Assembly: GCF_050633425.1 (NCBI RefSeq)
Contig: NZ_JBOEGM010000013.1
Coordinates: 54,511-118,510 of the forward strand
Direction of reading: 5' to 3'
Length of the DNA stretch: 64,000 bases
Source: Pelagimonas sp.
GTDB lineage: Bacteria > Pseudomonadota > Alphaproteobacteria > Rhodobacterales > Rhodobacteraceae
Part shown: piece after piece, positions 49,148-58,970 of the stretch
Layout: each line of letters starts with the position of its first letter
Position numbering within the stretch: position 1 is the first letter of the stretch
Notes under the pieces: model-generated
What the model was told of the DNA's origin: nothing
Database searches by the model: none
What the model saw: the letters and a program-made list of their open reading frames with translations, nothing else
Made by a program: the position numbers and the translations under genes

Positions 49148-49516
49148 GTGAGCATTGAGAAAAAGATTGAGCCGAATGTGATGGACAAAATGTGCCCGTC
49201 TCGTGTTGTGCTCAACCACGTCACAAGTCGCTGGGGGCTGTTGGCACTGATCGCGCTTCAGGAAAAGCCTCTGAGATTCAGTGAATTACGCCGCATCATT
49301 GGGAACGTCAGTGAAAAGATGTTGTCCCAGACGCTCAAAACGTTGGAGAAGGACGGCTTTGTTCATCGTCAATCGTTTGATGTGATGCCCCCGCATGTCG
49401 AATACAGCCTGACATCACACGGTCAAGGCGTCTCGTTGCACGTAAAAGCACTGGCAACCTGGGTCGAAACGAATATTGAAAACCTGCCTTTGGCGGATGC
49501 AACGCCAGCTCAATAA
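49148..49516 (+). CDS. HxlR-family (winged-helix, DUF24) transcriptional regulator
   Basis: 'CPSRVVLNHVTSRWGLLALIALQEKPLRFSELRRII.VSEKMLSQTLKTLEKDGFVHR'. It is divergent from the SnoaL-like gene. Confidence 0.75.
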   Translation: MSIEKKIEPNVMDKMCPSRVVLNHVTSRWGLLALIALQEKPLRFSELRRIIGNVSEKMLSQTLKTLEKDGFVHRQSFDVMPPHVEYSLTSHGQGVSLHVKALATWVETNIENLPLADATPAQ

Positions 49517-49896
49517 AACTTAGCTCTCTGCGCATTGCGGACCTTGATGCAGGCTGCAGCAAACACATTTGCAGCCTGGGCCTTTGAACGACCGCCTTCG
49601 CCCTGTAATTGACGGTGCCGTTGCAACCAGTGTCTGGTTTCCGCCCTTGGTGTCGATCAACACTAACGGCCCATAAGAGACATTCATCAGGTGAGGACGC
49701 GCCGGATGCAGTTTCACCGAACGGGCCTTTCGCTGCGCTCGCGCGATCAACACCTTGACTGAGTTCGGCAGTGCGGGACACTTTTCCACTCATCTTGTCA
49801 ATGCCACCTGGCGATGCCTGGATTACCTGTATGGCACCTTCCTGCGGTGCCCTCGCACGCGGCGGGGGGGGGCGGGGTTGAAGCCATTATCGTGCG

Positions 49897-51141
49897 TTAT
49901 CTCTTGAATGCGCTGATCACCCCCTCTGTAGGCCTTTGGAGCTCTACGCCAGATTTGGGCCAGCACCATGATCTGTTTTGAACGTATGACACTGCATTGC
50001 ACTGTTCATACTCCATGCAAATGGACTTGCACCGTGCAAAGCTGACATTGCGAATGCCGTCAGTTGTTAGATCTGCCCCTGGATAGTCTGTGGCATGCTG
50101 ATCGATCATTGTTCGGACCGCGATCTGGTTTTGCGTCGGGCAACTACGGATCATTTCGTTCAGCAATCCGCTTCGTATGATCTGTTGGAAGCCGAAGAAC
50201 AAATCTCCGCCCGGCGAGACAATCCTCGCGCCGAATTTCTCTGCTCTCATCGCAGGCTGTACCATTTCGGAGGGTATATTAAATACGACTTTGCCGCGCA
50301 TGTCTGACCGATCGAGGAGGTCCCAGCGGTCTACTGGGTACCATGAACCATCGATCCCCAGATCGAAAGTTCCGTAGACTGCGAGTTCAGGCTCATGGAG
50401 ATCAGCCACTCCAGCAACCCCGGTTTCCGTGCAGAAGAGCGTCAGGAAACTGTCTCCGGTGATCGCAACCTGCTTCATGCGCAGTGCAATCTTTCCGTTC
50501 AGGTTGATGTAGGAGGCTTGTTCGTCGTAAATGCCATTGGTGACGACACGCCATTTTTCCAAATCCTTCTGCGAGACCCAAAGGATATCGTTGTGATCGA
50601 TTGAGGACACCGTCTCGAACAGATCTGGCTCCACCCGGTGGCTCCGAATGTACTCGGAGAGAACTCCGGAGACTGCTTGTCCGATTGCGGCACCCTCATT
50701 GCCATCAAGATCCGTCTCCGTGAATCCAAACCGATGGATGCCGATACGCGCACCGTTAGAGATGTAGCGGTAGTCGGCAGAAATATACGCGTACACGCAG
50801 GCGCTTGCACAGATCGCATCCGGTATATCTGAAGCGCCCACCTGAGCTGAAACGATTGCTGGGATGTCGGCGACATAGTCCCCCATCCTGAGGCTTTCCA
50901 TCAAGGAACCTCCTGGGCTATCGAAAATAATGAGGACGTCCCTGACGTCTGAAACATCAGCTTCTTCGATCTTGGCCTTTAGTTTGTCGGTGTCACCCGT
51001 TTGGATTTCTCCAGTGGCGGTGATGTGCAAGGTCGGCTGGCGGATGGGCCGCAGATCAAGTCTCTCTATCGAGAAATCCATGGCCCACGCAGAAGCTGGC
51101 GCTATCAGGCTAACGCAAAAAATTAAAACGAGAAGGTACAT
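49897..51141 (-). CDS. Secreted protein with N-terminal ClpP/S49-like serine-peptidase fold and C-terminal PAN/Apple domain
   Basis: A signal peptide, then 'IIFDSPGGSLMESLRMGDYV' and 'CASACVYAYISAD' (ClpP-class-like). The C-terminal Cys pattern 'CKSICMEYEQCNAVSYVQNRSWCWPKS' is PAN/Apple-like. Confidence 0.5.
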   Translation of the reverse strand: MYLLVLIFCVSLIAPASAWAMDFSIERLDLRPIRQPTLHITATGEIQTGDTDKLKAKIEEADVSDVRDVLIIFDSPGGSLMESLRMGDYVADIPAIVSAQVGASDIPDAICASACVYAYISADYRYISNGARIGIHRFGFTETDLDGNEGAAIGQAVSGVLSEYIRSHRVEPDLFETVSSIDHNDILWVSQKDLEKWRVVTNGIYDEQASYINLNGKIALRMKQVAITGDSFLTLFCTETGVAGVADLHEPELAVYGTFDLGIDGSWYPVDRWDLLDRSDMRGKVVFNIPSEMVQPAMRAEKFGARIVSPGGDLFFGFQQIIRSGLLNEMIRSCPTQNQIAVRTMIDQHATDYPGADLTTDGIRNVSFARCKSICMEYEQCNAVSYVQNRSWCWPKSGVELQRPTEGVISAFKR

Positions 51142-51705
51142 CAGATCCCATTTTCACGATGACAAGGGTCCTCGAAAACCTGAATGCAATATTGTGAACT
51201 ATCAAGGAGATATGTTGGGGGGGCATTGGTTTTTCGGCTGACGCGAGTGACGAGCAATCAATTTCGGCCCGGAGCTGCCTTTGGCTGAGTGTTTCAACGC
51301 TGCGATGCAGCTTTCGCATTACTGCCGTTTGAGCATCTTGCAGCATTTTTGACAGGCGAGTTGTGGCACAGCGGACGAAGCCGACATTTCTGGCCCTCAG
51401 ACGAGAGTCCGCTCTCGCGATTCTCCAATTCGTTGTTGTCATAATCCGCTTTTCTCGCACGGCGTCCAAACACAGATTGTGTAGGCAACAGACATTGCGC
51501 GAACGAAAATTTGAGCGCGCCAAACATCGCTATTTCTTTAGGACGGAAGATGACTGCTACTATAATTTTCTGCGTCCGGGCGCACATGCGGCTTTGAAGA
51601 ACTGTCTCATTTGGTGCTGAATGAGACAGTTTTCAGTGTGCAAATGCGAAACTCATTTCAGAGGTTTCGCGATTTTCAGCCTCCGATAATACTCGTTTCG
51701 AATGC

Positions 51706-52122
51706 TTGGTAGTAAGGGGAGGCGCAATCGAATGCGATGTGCATTTGCATCGTGGCCTCATAAGTCTGATGGGGGAACGGAAAGTGACGGCGACTTATAA
51801 AGACAATGCAACATCAATAGACAAACGAGTGGGGGCTTTGTTTAAGGCCGCGCCGTCGGTCATGATGCCCTACAGCCAGCTCGTTAAGGCGGCTTCCGCT
51901 GACAGCGCTTTGCAGAGTAAGACCAAAGAGCTCATCGCGTTTTCAATATCGATTGCCATTAGATGTGAAGACTGCATCGTGTTTCACCTGCGCGCAGCAT
52001 TAAACCATGGAGCCAGCCGGGAAGAGGTGATCGAAGCAATCTCGGTCGCGATTGAAATGGGTGGCGGCCCGTCGGTGGTCTATGGTGGCCGTGCGCTGGA
52101 AGCGCTTGAGGATCTGGCGTGA
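51706..52122 (+). CDS. Carboxymuconolactone decarboxylase family (AhpD-like) protein
   Basis: 'AFSISIAIRCEDCIVFHLRAALNHGASREEVIEAISVA' carries the CxxC motif of the AhpD/CMD fold. The start is uncertain. Confidence 0.65.
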   Translation: MVVRGGAIECDVHLHRGLISLMGERKVTATYKDNATSIDKRVGALFKAAPSVMMPYSQLVKAASADSALQSKTKELIAFSISIAIRCEDCIVFHLRAALNHGASREEVIEAISVAIEMGGGPSVVYGGRALEALEDLA

Positions 52123-52239
52123 TCGCCTGCCCGAGACACGCCAGATTGGACAGAGCGCAATATATGAACAACAATCATCAGTGAAGACAAAGCCGTTTGA
52201 ACAGTTGAAAATCGAAAGGAACTTACGATTTCAGGGTCT

Positions 52240-53958
52240 ATGGACAGGTCATCGATAGACAATCTACTTCGGTCCTCTAAGGACCGGAGCCGGTCCCTGC
52301 ATAACCTGTCTTCGAGCACCAAATCGCCGATCCTCCGATTGCAGGCCAATGAAATCGCTTATCGCAACGAGAAGTTTCTTGATCAGATTGGCGGGGCTGT
52401 GTCTGAGGTCGACAACTCCGCCGTGCTGCCAAGCCGGTCAAGATATTGTCTGCTGATTACCGACGCCGATGGCATTGTCATCGAATCCTATGCGCCGGAA
52501 GGTCTAAAGATGGAGTTTCAAAGAAGCGGACTTGTCCGAGGTGGGGTTTGGGATGAACGTGTTGCCGGTACAAACGGTATCGCGATGTCATTGCATAGCG
52601 GGCGCGTTCTGACAGTTTTCGGCGAGGAACATTTCTACAATTGTTTTCATGACTTCAGCTGCAGTTCCGCACCGTTGGCCGATGCGGAAAACAATCTGAT
52701 TGGCACCATAACGCTGGTCGGCTCAGCACGCCGCCGGCAAGAAGAACATGCTCTATGTGAACAGGTCGTCAGGCGCGCGTCGCGGCAATTTCAAACACGG
52801 CTCTTCCGCAATTTTCATGCCGATAAACTCACGGGACGGGTGCTGTCGCGCGACCTTAAGGCACGCAGAAGTTTCGAAACTCTGGTGGCATGTGACGAAG
52901 ACGGAACTGTGATCTCGCATTTGCCGCTATGGCGCGATCGCGCACGCCCTGCAGAGCATCAGAATCTGACAGGGCAACACATATCTGATATTAAAGGTCT
53001 GGAAATTACCCTCCGTGGGCCAGCCACTGTGCCACCACAACGCAGGGTAACGCAGCCGAATACGCCACGCATCGCGGCGCGTGTGGAAAAAGAAACAACA
53101 CTGGGCCGTCTGATTTCAGAGGGCGGTGGGCTTGCAATTCTTGCTGAACGGGCCCGCAAACTCGTTGCCCATCGCGTACCGCTGCTTATTTGTGGTGAAC
53201 CGGGTGTTGGCGTGGATGGGTTTGCAAGAGCCCTGCTGGAAGAACAATCCCTGATTTCGCCCATGGGGCTAACACTCGATGCGGCCAACAGCCAAGCCGA
53301 GGTTGACCTGGAAGACGCCCTGAACAGCCTAGATTTTCTCAGTGAATATCCTGTCGACAACGTGGTTCCAACATTGATCCTGCGAAATATTGAAAGCCTG
53401 CCGCCACAAGCGCAGATCACCCTAGAACGCTTTCTTGATGTTGACCCGATGGAGGCACAAACGAAGGCAGAGCCCCCTGCGGTGCTGTTCACAACAGACA
53501 AAAACTGGGCGGAGCTGGAAGCCGCCGACACCATTCCTAAAAGCCTTCTCTACCTCTTGGGTCAATCGGTGGTGGAACTGCCGCCCATCGCGGCACGGGA
53601 CCCTGAAACCGTGCTTGAAAACGTGATCGCGGAGGGGTTTGCAGACCCGCTCGAGGTCGCCGACAATGCCCGTGATGTGTTGGTCAGCTATCATTGGCCG
53701 GGCAACCGGCGCGAAATGCGCAGCGTCATACGAGAGGCCGTGATCTGCGGCAATGGCAAGCGGATCAATGTGACTGATTTACCGGCGCGCTTGCTTGCCT
53801 CGCGCGAAGAAAACGCCAAAGCCCAAACGCGCGCTTCGCTCAAGGATGCACTCGACAGTTCAAACTGGAACGTCTCAAAGGCCGCGCGGCTATTGGGCAA
53901 GAGCCGTGCAACGGTAAATCGCTGGATCGCCTCCGAAGGCTTGCAGCGGCCAGAATAG
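52240..53958 (+). CDS. AcoR-like sigma-54-activator-family regulator with degenerate AAA+ motifs and C-terminal Fis-type HTH
   Basis: Walker A reads 'GEPGVGVDGFARAL' (K replaced by V). No GAFTGA motif is present. The Walker-B position reads 'LILRNIE'. The C-terminus keeps 'HWPGNRREMRSVIREAVI' and the HTH 'NVSKAARLLGKSRATVNRWI'. Confidence 0.65.
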   Translation: MDRSSIDNLLRSSKDRSRSLHNLSSSTKSPILRLQANEIAYRNEKFLDQIGGAVSEVDNSAVLPSRSRYCLLITDADGIVIESYAPEGLKMEFQRSGLVRGGVWDERVAGTNGIAMSLHSGRVLTVFGEEHFYNCFHDFSCSSAPLADAENNLIGTITLVGSARRRQEEHALCEQVVRRASRQFQTRLFRNFHADKLTGRVLSRDLKARRSFETLVACDEDGTVISHLPLWRDRARPAEHQNLTGQHISDIKGLEITLRGPATVPPQRRVTQPNTPRIAARVEKETTLGRLISEGGGLAILAERARKLVAHRVPLLICGEPGVGVDGFARALLEEQSLISPMGLTLDAANSQAEVDLEDALNSLDFLSEYPVDNVVPTLILRNIESLPPQAQITLERFLDVDPMEAQTKAEPPAVLFTTDKNWAELEAADTIPKSLLYLLGQSVVELPPIAARDPETVLENVIAEGFADPLEVADNARDVLVSYHWPGNRREMRSVIREAVICGNGKRINVTDLPARLLASREENAKAQTRASLKDALDSSNWNVSKAARLLGKSRATVNRWIASEGLQRPE

Positions 53959-54025
53959 GGATCACAAAACAAATACGGCCGGGCATCAGAGCCCGGCCGT
54001 ATTGAGGGAGGTAACTCCAGATCGC

Positions 54026-55603
54026 TCAGATGTTCTGCGCGTTCATCTCCTGCGCGATATATGCCGCCTGCCGTATGGCCAAGGCCACGATGGTCAGGGT
54101 CGGATTACAGGCCGCCGACGACGTGAACTGACTGCCATCCGAGACAAAGAGGTTGTCAATGTCATGCGCCTGCCCAAAAGCATTGACCACCCCCTTGGAC
54201 GCATCCGCATGCATCCGGTTCGTGCCCATGTTGTGGGTCGCCGGATAGGCCGGCAGCTCATAGACATCGGTGGCCCCAACGGATTCGTAGATTTGAGCGG
54301 ATGTCTCATACATATGCGACGTCATTTCATAGTCATTGTTATGCGGCGTTTTCGAGACGATCGGCACCGGCAACCCGTATTGGTCCACTTCGCTGTCATG
54401 TAGGGTGATCCCATTGCGCTCCTGCGCCAGATCTTCGCCGAGCACCCAGACGCCGGACATCCGGTCGTAGTTCTCCAACGCGCCAGCCACGCTGCGGCCC
54501 CAGCCGGTATTGCCCGGCTCAAGGAAGGCCGCCATGAACGGCAGGCCCAGTGACAGGAACTCAAGGTAATAGCCCCCCGCAAAGCCGCGCCCTGCGTCGT
54601 GATAGACCTCGTCACCGACGATCCCGGCCACGGATGTGCCGCGATACATATGCACCTTTTCGGGCAGCACCGCGTAAACCCCACCTGTGGTGTGGTTCAT
54701 GTAGTTCTTGCCCACCTGACCTGAAGAGTTGGCCAAGCCATCGGGGAACATGTTGGACGCGGAATTGAGCAACATGCGCGGGCTTTCAATGGAATTCCCG
54801 GCCACGCAGACCACACGCGCCTTCTGACGATGTTGGTTGCCCTGCTTGTCGGCGTAGACCACCGCATTCGCTTTGCCCGCGTCATCATGCTCGATCCGCA
54901 GAACCATGGCGTCGGTGCGGATTTCGCACTTGCCGGTGTCTTCGGCGCGGGGCAGTTCGGTATACATGGTCGACCATTTCGCACCAATAGCGCAGCCCTG
55001 CATACAAAAGCCGATCTGATGGCACGCCGGCCGGTCGTCGCGCTCAACCGAGTTGATCGCCATCGGTCCGGAGCGATAATCGCTGCGGCCTGTACGGCGG
55101 CAACCTTCGGCCAGCACACGAAAGCCGTTGTTCCAAGGCAGGTGCGGCATGCCGGTGGTTTTGCCGGTCACGCCCATCTTCAGTTCGGCCTTTTCATACC
55201 AAGGCGTCATTTCCGCCAGATCGATGGGCCAGTCTTCGACATTGGCCCCGTCAATGCTGCCGTATGTGCTGCGGGTTTTGAACTCATAGTCCTTGAACCT
55301 CAGAGCAACGCCTGCCCAGTGGACCGTTGAACCGCCATAGCCCTTCACGATCCAGGCGGGCAGATTTGGGTGGTTCACAGACCCGTGCCAGCCCCCGCCG
55401 GAATAGCGCTTGTCCAGCCAGGAGATTTTGTTGAACATCGCCCATTCGTCATTTTCGATGTCGCCCATGTCGAAACGTTTACCCGCTTCGAGGACCACAG
55501 ACTTGATACCTTTTTGGGCCAGTTCGTTTGCCAAGGTGCCACCACCCGCGCCAGAGCCGATGATGACAACGACGCTATCGTCGTTCAGATCAAATTGTGC
55601 CAT
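54026..55603 (-). CDS. GMC-family FAD oxidoreductase
   Basis: 'VVVIIGSGAGGGTLANELAQKGIKSVVLEAG' and C-terminal GMC signatures. Confidence 0.85.
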   Translation of the reverse strand: MAQFDLNDDSVVVIIGSGAGGGTLANELAQKGIKSVVLEAGKRFDMGDIENDEWAMFNKISWLDKRYSGGGWHGSVNHPNLPAWIVKGYGGSTVHWAGVALRFKDYEFKTRSTYGSIDGANVEDWPIDLAEMTPWYEKAELKMGVTGKTTGMPHLPWNNGFRVLAEGCRRTGRSDYRSGPMAINSVERDDRPACHQIGFCMQGCAIGAKWSTMYTELPRAEDTGKCEIRTDAMVLRIEHDDAGKANAVVYADKQGNQHRQKARVVCVAGNSIESPRMLLNSASNMFPDGLANSSGQVGKNYMNHTTGGVYAVLPEKVHMYRGTSVAGIVGDEVYHDAGRGFAGGYYLEFLSLGLPFMAAFLEPGNTGWGRSVAGALENYDRMSGVWVLGEDLAQERNGITLHDSEVDQYGLPVPIVSKTPHNNDYEMTSHMYETSAQIYESVGATDVYELPAYPATHNMGTNRMHADASKGVVNAFGQAHDIDNLFVSDGSQFTSSAACNPTLTIVALAIRQAAYIAQEMNAQNI

Positions 55604-55618
55604 TTTTCCGCCCTCCCG

Positions 55619-56224
55619 CTATTGGACTTCAGCCATGCGTTCTTCGAGGGTTGGACCCTCTGGAACGAATGTGATGTCGGAAAAACCACGGTCGATATAG
55701 CCGCCATGCTCGACCGAGGATCCCTCGTAGCCGAGCAGCGGCCAGACATCCTTATTGTCGTAGATGCCGAAATAGGCGGTCCAGCGGACTCCTTGGAAAA
55801 AGCTGGCATGCTGGAAGTGCCTGAGAATACCCTCGCGGGCATCGGGATTTTCTATGTCGACATAGGGGACACCAAAAAGCTCCTGCGCTTTGGCATCAAT
55901 TTTGCCAAGACCCTCGGTCAGGTCTTTGGCCATGTCGGAATTGGACACGGCATTGGAGGTGACGGTCGCGACAATCGCCTTGTAGTGCGACAGCTGCAGA
56001 ATATCGGGGTGCGGGTAAATATCCTGTACCATGCGCAGCAGACTTGCGCCCAGTGTTTCGTTCAAGACGTTTGATGCCGCAAAGGCCGCGCCGCCAAGCA
56101 TTGCGCTTGTCGTGATGCCAGCCATGGTGGTTGTCATCAGGAACATTCGGCGGCTCATGCCTTCGTGCGTCTCATCAGATCTGTTCAGCCGGTGAATGGG
56201 TATAGTCATGTCGTCTCCTCCCAA
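55619..56224 (-). CDS. Gluconate 2-dehydrogenase subunit-3-family small subunit (Tat signal)
   Basis: A twin-arginine motif ('SRRMFLMTTTMAG'). The gene sits immediately upstream of the GMC oxidoreductase, as in GADH-type enzymes. Confidence 0.65.
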   Translation of the reverse strand: MGGDDMTIPIHRLNRSDETHEGMSRRMFLMTTTMAGITTSAMLGGAAFAASNVLNETLGASLLRMVQDIYPHPDILQLSHYKAIVATVTSNAVSNSDMAKDLTEGLGKIDAKAQELFGVPYVDIENPDAREGILRHFQHASFFQGVRWTAYFGIYDNKDVWPLLGYEGSSVEHGGYIDRGFSDITFVPEGPTLEERMAEVQ

Positions 56225-56242
56225 TTGGGTTCTTGTTTGCGG

Positions 56243-56941
56243 TCAAGCCGCTTGGTTTTCGCGCAGCGAAAGTGAAGAAAGCCGATCCTCCGCGGCTCTG
56301 ATCAACGCTCCGGGAAAGCTGGTTTGGTGCATATTTTCGGGCATAAGTGCGAAAAGCGGCGCATGGGCTTCGGGGCGTAGCACCGGTGCGTCCGGAAAAG
56401 CCGCCTGGTGCAGCAGGCAAAGCTCGGCCCAGTGGCCGGGGTCAGGCAGATGCAGCAGGATTGCCGCATGCAGCAAAGCCACCCGGCCACTGCGCGTGCT
56501 GCGCCAGCGTTGCGCGGTGCCGGCCAGCTTGCGCTCACCGGCCAGCACATTCCACGCACCATCACAAAAGGCCCCCGGACATGCGCCCGTATGAGCCGAG
56601 ATATCAAATCTGCTCAGCGCCTCGGTGAGCGTCCCGCAAATCAGACGATACCCGTCCTCAAGGGTAAAGCCAGATGGACAGGGCAAAACCATGGCCAGGT
56701 TCAGAGTGCAGGCCCCTTGCGGCACGATGCCGCCGCCCGTGCCGCGCGTCACGACACCAAGCCCCGCGCGTTTGATGTCACGCATCACCGACTGGGTGCC
56801 CGTGCGCCGGGCAATGGCAGAGGGCAGCACAAGCGCGCTTTCATCTGCCTGCCACAGCAGCAAGGCGGCTCGCCCGGCCTGCAACAGCGCGGCCTCACGC
56901 GCGATACCATCGGCGGCTGAGGCGAAGGGCGCGATGATCAT
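56243..56941 (-). CDS. Lipoate-protein ligase / octanoyltransferase-family (LplA/LipB-like) protein
   Basis: BPL_LplA_LipB-like core ('RRTGGGIVPQGACTLNLAMV', 'ERKLAGTAQRW'). Its ATG overlaps the stop of the E2 catalytic-domain gene (ATGA). Confidence 0.6.
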   Translation of the reverse strand: MIIAPFASAADGIAREAALLQAGRAALLLWQADESALVLPSAIARRTGTQSVMRDIKRAGLGVVTRGTGGGIVPQGACTLNLAMVLPCPSGFTLEDGYRLICGTLTEALSRFDISAHTGACPGAFCDGAWNVLAGERKLAGTAQRWRSTRSGRVALLHAAILLHLPDPGHWAELCLLHQAAFPDAPVLRPEAHAPLFALMPENMHQTSFPGALIRAAEDRLSSLSLRENQAA

Positions 56942-57624
56942 GGTGAGAAGTCCTCGATCGTCTTGCACAGATGGGTCAGAAAATCGGCCGCAGGGGCACC
57001 ATCGATGGCGCGATGATCAAAGGTTAGCGACAGCCCGGCATAGGATTTCCAGACCAGTGTACCGCCCTCCCGAACCGGCGTTTCGACACCGCGGCCGATG
57101 CCAAGGATCGCGATCTGGGGCGTATTGATGATCGGCGTAAATTGCTCAACCCTGGACAGGCCCAGATTGGACACCGTAAAGGTGCCGCCCGTCATTTCGG
57201 GCACTGTCAGCTTGTTCGTGCGTGCCCGTTCGGCCAGGTCGCGACGTGCCGCCCGAAGCTGTTGCAAGTCCATCTCGCCCGCCCTGAAAATCGCAGGCGC
57301 GGCAAGCAGGTTGCCCGGCAGGGCGATGGCCACACCAAGATCAATGTCCGCAGACAAATTTATCTCGCGCCCCTGCATTGTTCCATTGATGTCCGGGTGC
57401 GATTTTAGTGTTTGAACCACCGCGCCCATCACTAGGTCTTCGACCGAAAGTGATATCCCGTCGCTCTTGAACCGCGCTTTGGCGGCCAGCACAGCGCTCA
57501 TGTCGGCGCGTGCATGGTGGGTCAGCTGGGCCGCCGTTTGGAGCGACGCAACCATCTTGTCTGCGATCATCGCCCGCGCACCGCGAAGGGGGACGATCGT
57601 CTGTTCAGTAAGCTCGAGCGTCAT
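56938..57624 (-). CDS. 2-oxo-acid dehydrogenase E2 catalytic (acyltransferase) domain only
   Basis: The 'DHRAIDG' catalytic motif and 'VSNLGLSRVEQFTPIINTPQ'. No lipoyl or E3-binding domain is present in this ORF. Confidence 0.8.
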   Translation of the reverse strand: MTLELTEQTIVPLRGARAMIADKMVASLQTAAQLTHHARADMSAVLAAKARFKSDGISLSVEDLVMGAVVQTLKSHPDINGTMQGREINLSADIDLGVAIALPGNLLAAPAIFRAGEMDLQQLRAARRDLAERARTNKLTVPEMTGGTFTVSNLGLSRVEQFTPIINTPQIAILGIGRGVETPVREGGTLVWKSYAGLSLTFDHRAIDGAPAADFLTHLCKTIEDFSP

Positions 57625-57854
57625 GAGATTGACCCGATGACATCGCCTTTGCCAGCGACCTCGTCCTGTGCTTTTGCGATGCTCAGGGTCCCGCTCGCGG
57701 GCGCTGTCACTTCATACTGAACCTTTGCGGTCATGATCTCGGCGATCAACGCGCCCTCGGAGACCTGAGCGCCATCGCTTGCCAACCAAGCTGTGATGAC
57801 GCACTCGTCGTCACCTTCCCAAAGATCGCGATCTATGATGATATCCGTTGCCAT
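57621..57854 (-). CDS. Stand-alone lipoyl-carrier domain protein (77 aa)
   Basis: A biotinyl/lipoyl attachment fold with the lipoyl-lysine context 'EIMTAKVQYEV' ('TAK' where 'TDK' is usual). Its TGA stop overlaps the ATG of the catalytic-domain ORF. Confidence 0.7.
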   Translation of the reverse strand: MATDIIIDRDLWEGDDECVITAWLASDGAQVSEGALIAEIMTAKVQYEVTAPASGTLSIAKAQDEVAGKGDVIGSIS

Positions 57855-57924
57855 TTTGGCATACTCCTATTGTTGCCTCCCCGACGGATCGGGGAGGTTG
57901 GGTTGTCTGGAATTGTTGATGGGA

Positions 57925-58950
57925 TCAGGCCGGGACCGGGTCTTTACACATATCGCGGGCCGCTGTTACGATCTTGTCCGCGTTTGGCAGGCAATGTTGC
58001 TCCATCACACGGGCAAAGGGTATCGGCACATCGGGATAGGCGATGCGTTTGGGCGGCACCTTCAGATCGGCCATGTTGCTCTCGGTCACAGTGGCGATGA
58101 TCTCGCCCGAGACGCCGTAGCTGTGATAATCTTCATCCACGACGATCAAGCGCCCGGTCTTGGCCACGCTGGCACGAACCGTGTCACGGTCCAAAGGCAC
58201 CAGAGAGCGCAAATCGACCACTTCGGCGCTGATGTCTTGTTCCGCAAGCGTTTCGGCGGCTTTCAACCCGTGATGCACGCCTTGGGCAATCGACACGATG
58301 GTCACGTCGCGCCCTTCGCGGGCAATGGCGGCTTTGCCGATTTCCACTTCGTAGCTTTCTTCGGGGACGTGGGTGATGGCACCCGCTTCCGTTCCAAGCC
58401 ACCCCATGCCTTGTAACCCCTTGTGATACATGTAGATTACCGGGTTTGGGTCGCGCAGCGCCGCTGTCATCAGACCTTTGGCGTCATAAGCGTTGGAGGG
58501 GCTAACCACCTTCATGCCCGGCAAATGCGCAAAGCTGCCATAGAGACATTGCGAATGCTGTCCCGCGTCGGAATAGCCACCCCCGGTCGATGTCATCAGC
58601 ACCATCGGCACGTTGAACTTGCCGCCCGAGAAATAAGTATTCTTGGCCATCAGGTTGTAAATCGCGTCAAAGCACACGCCGAAAAAGTCGACGAACATCA
58701 GCTCGACCACGGGTTTCATACCGTCTTGCGCCGCGCCAACGGCCGCGCCGATAAAGCCGGTTTCAGAAATCGGCGTGTCGCGTACGCGCTCCTTGCCGAA
58801 CTCTTCGAGCAAGCCGCGCGTATTGCCAAACACGCCGCCGAGTTCACCAATGTCTTCGCCCATGACAAAAACACCGTCATCAATGCGCATCTCCTGTGCA
58901 GTGGCCTCGGCCATCGCCCGCGCAATCGTCAGTTTACGTTCGTTTTCCAT
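57925..58950 (-). CDS. TPP-dependent dehydrogenase E1 beta subunit (acetoin/pyruvate-dehydrogenase type)
   Basis: Transketolase-like pyrimidine-binding and C-terminal domains ('MGEDIGELGGVFGNT', 'GAAVGAAQDGMKP'). Confidence 0.85.
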   Translation of the reverse strand: MENERKLTIARAMAEATAQEMRIDDGVFVMGEDIGELGGVFGNTRGLLEEFGKERVRDTPISETGFIGAAVGAAQDGMKPVVELMFVDFFGVCFDAIYNLMAKNTYFSGGKFNVPMVLMTSTGGGYSDAGQHSQCLYGSFAHLPGMKVVSPSNAYDAKGLMTAALRDPNPVIYMYHKGLQGMGWLGTEAGAITHVPEESYEVEIGKAAIAREGRDVTIVSIAQGVHHGLKAAETLAEQDISAEVVDLRSLVPLDRDTVRASVAKTGRLIVVDEDYHSYGVSGEIIATVTESNMADLKVPPKRIAYPDVPIPFARVMEQHCLPNADKIVTAARDMCKDPVPA

Positions 58951-58970
58951 TGTCTTTCCTCCCTCTGCGC

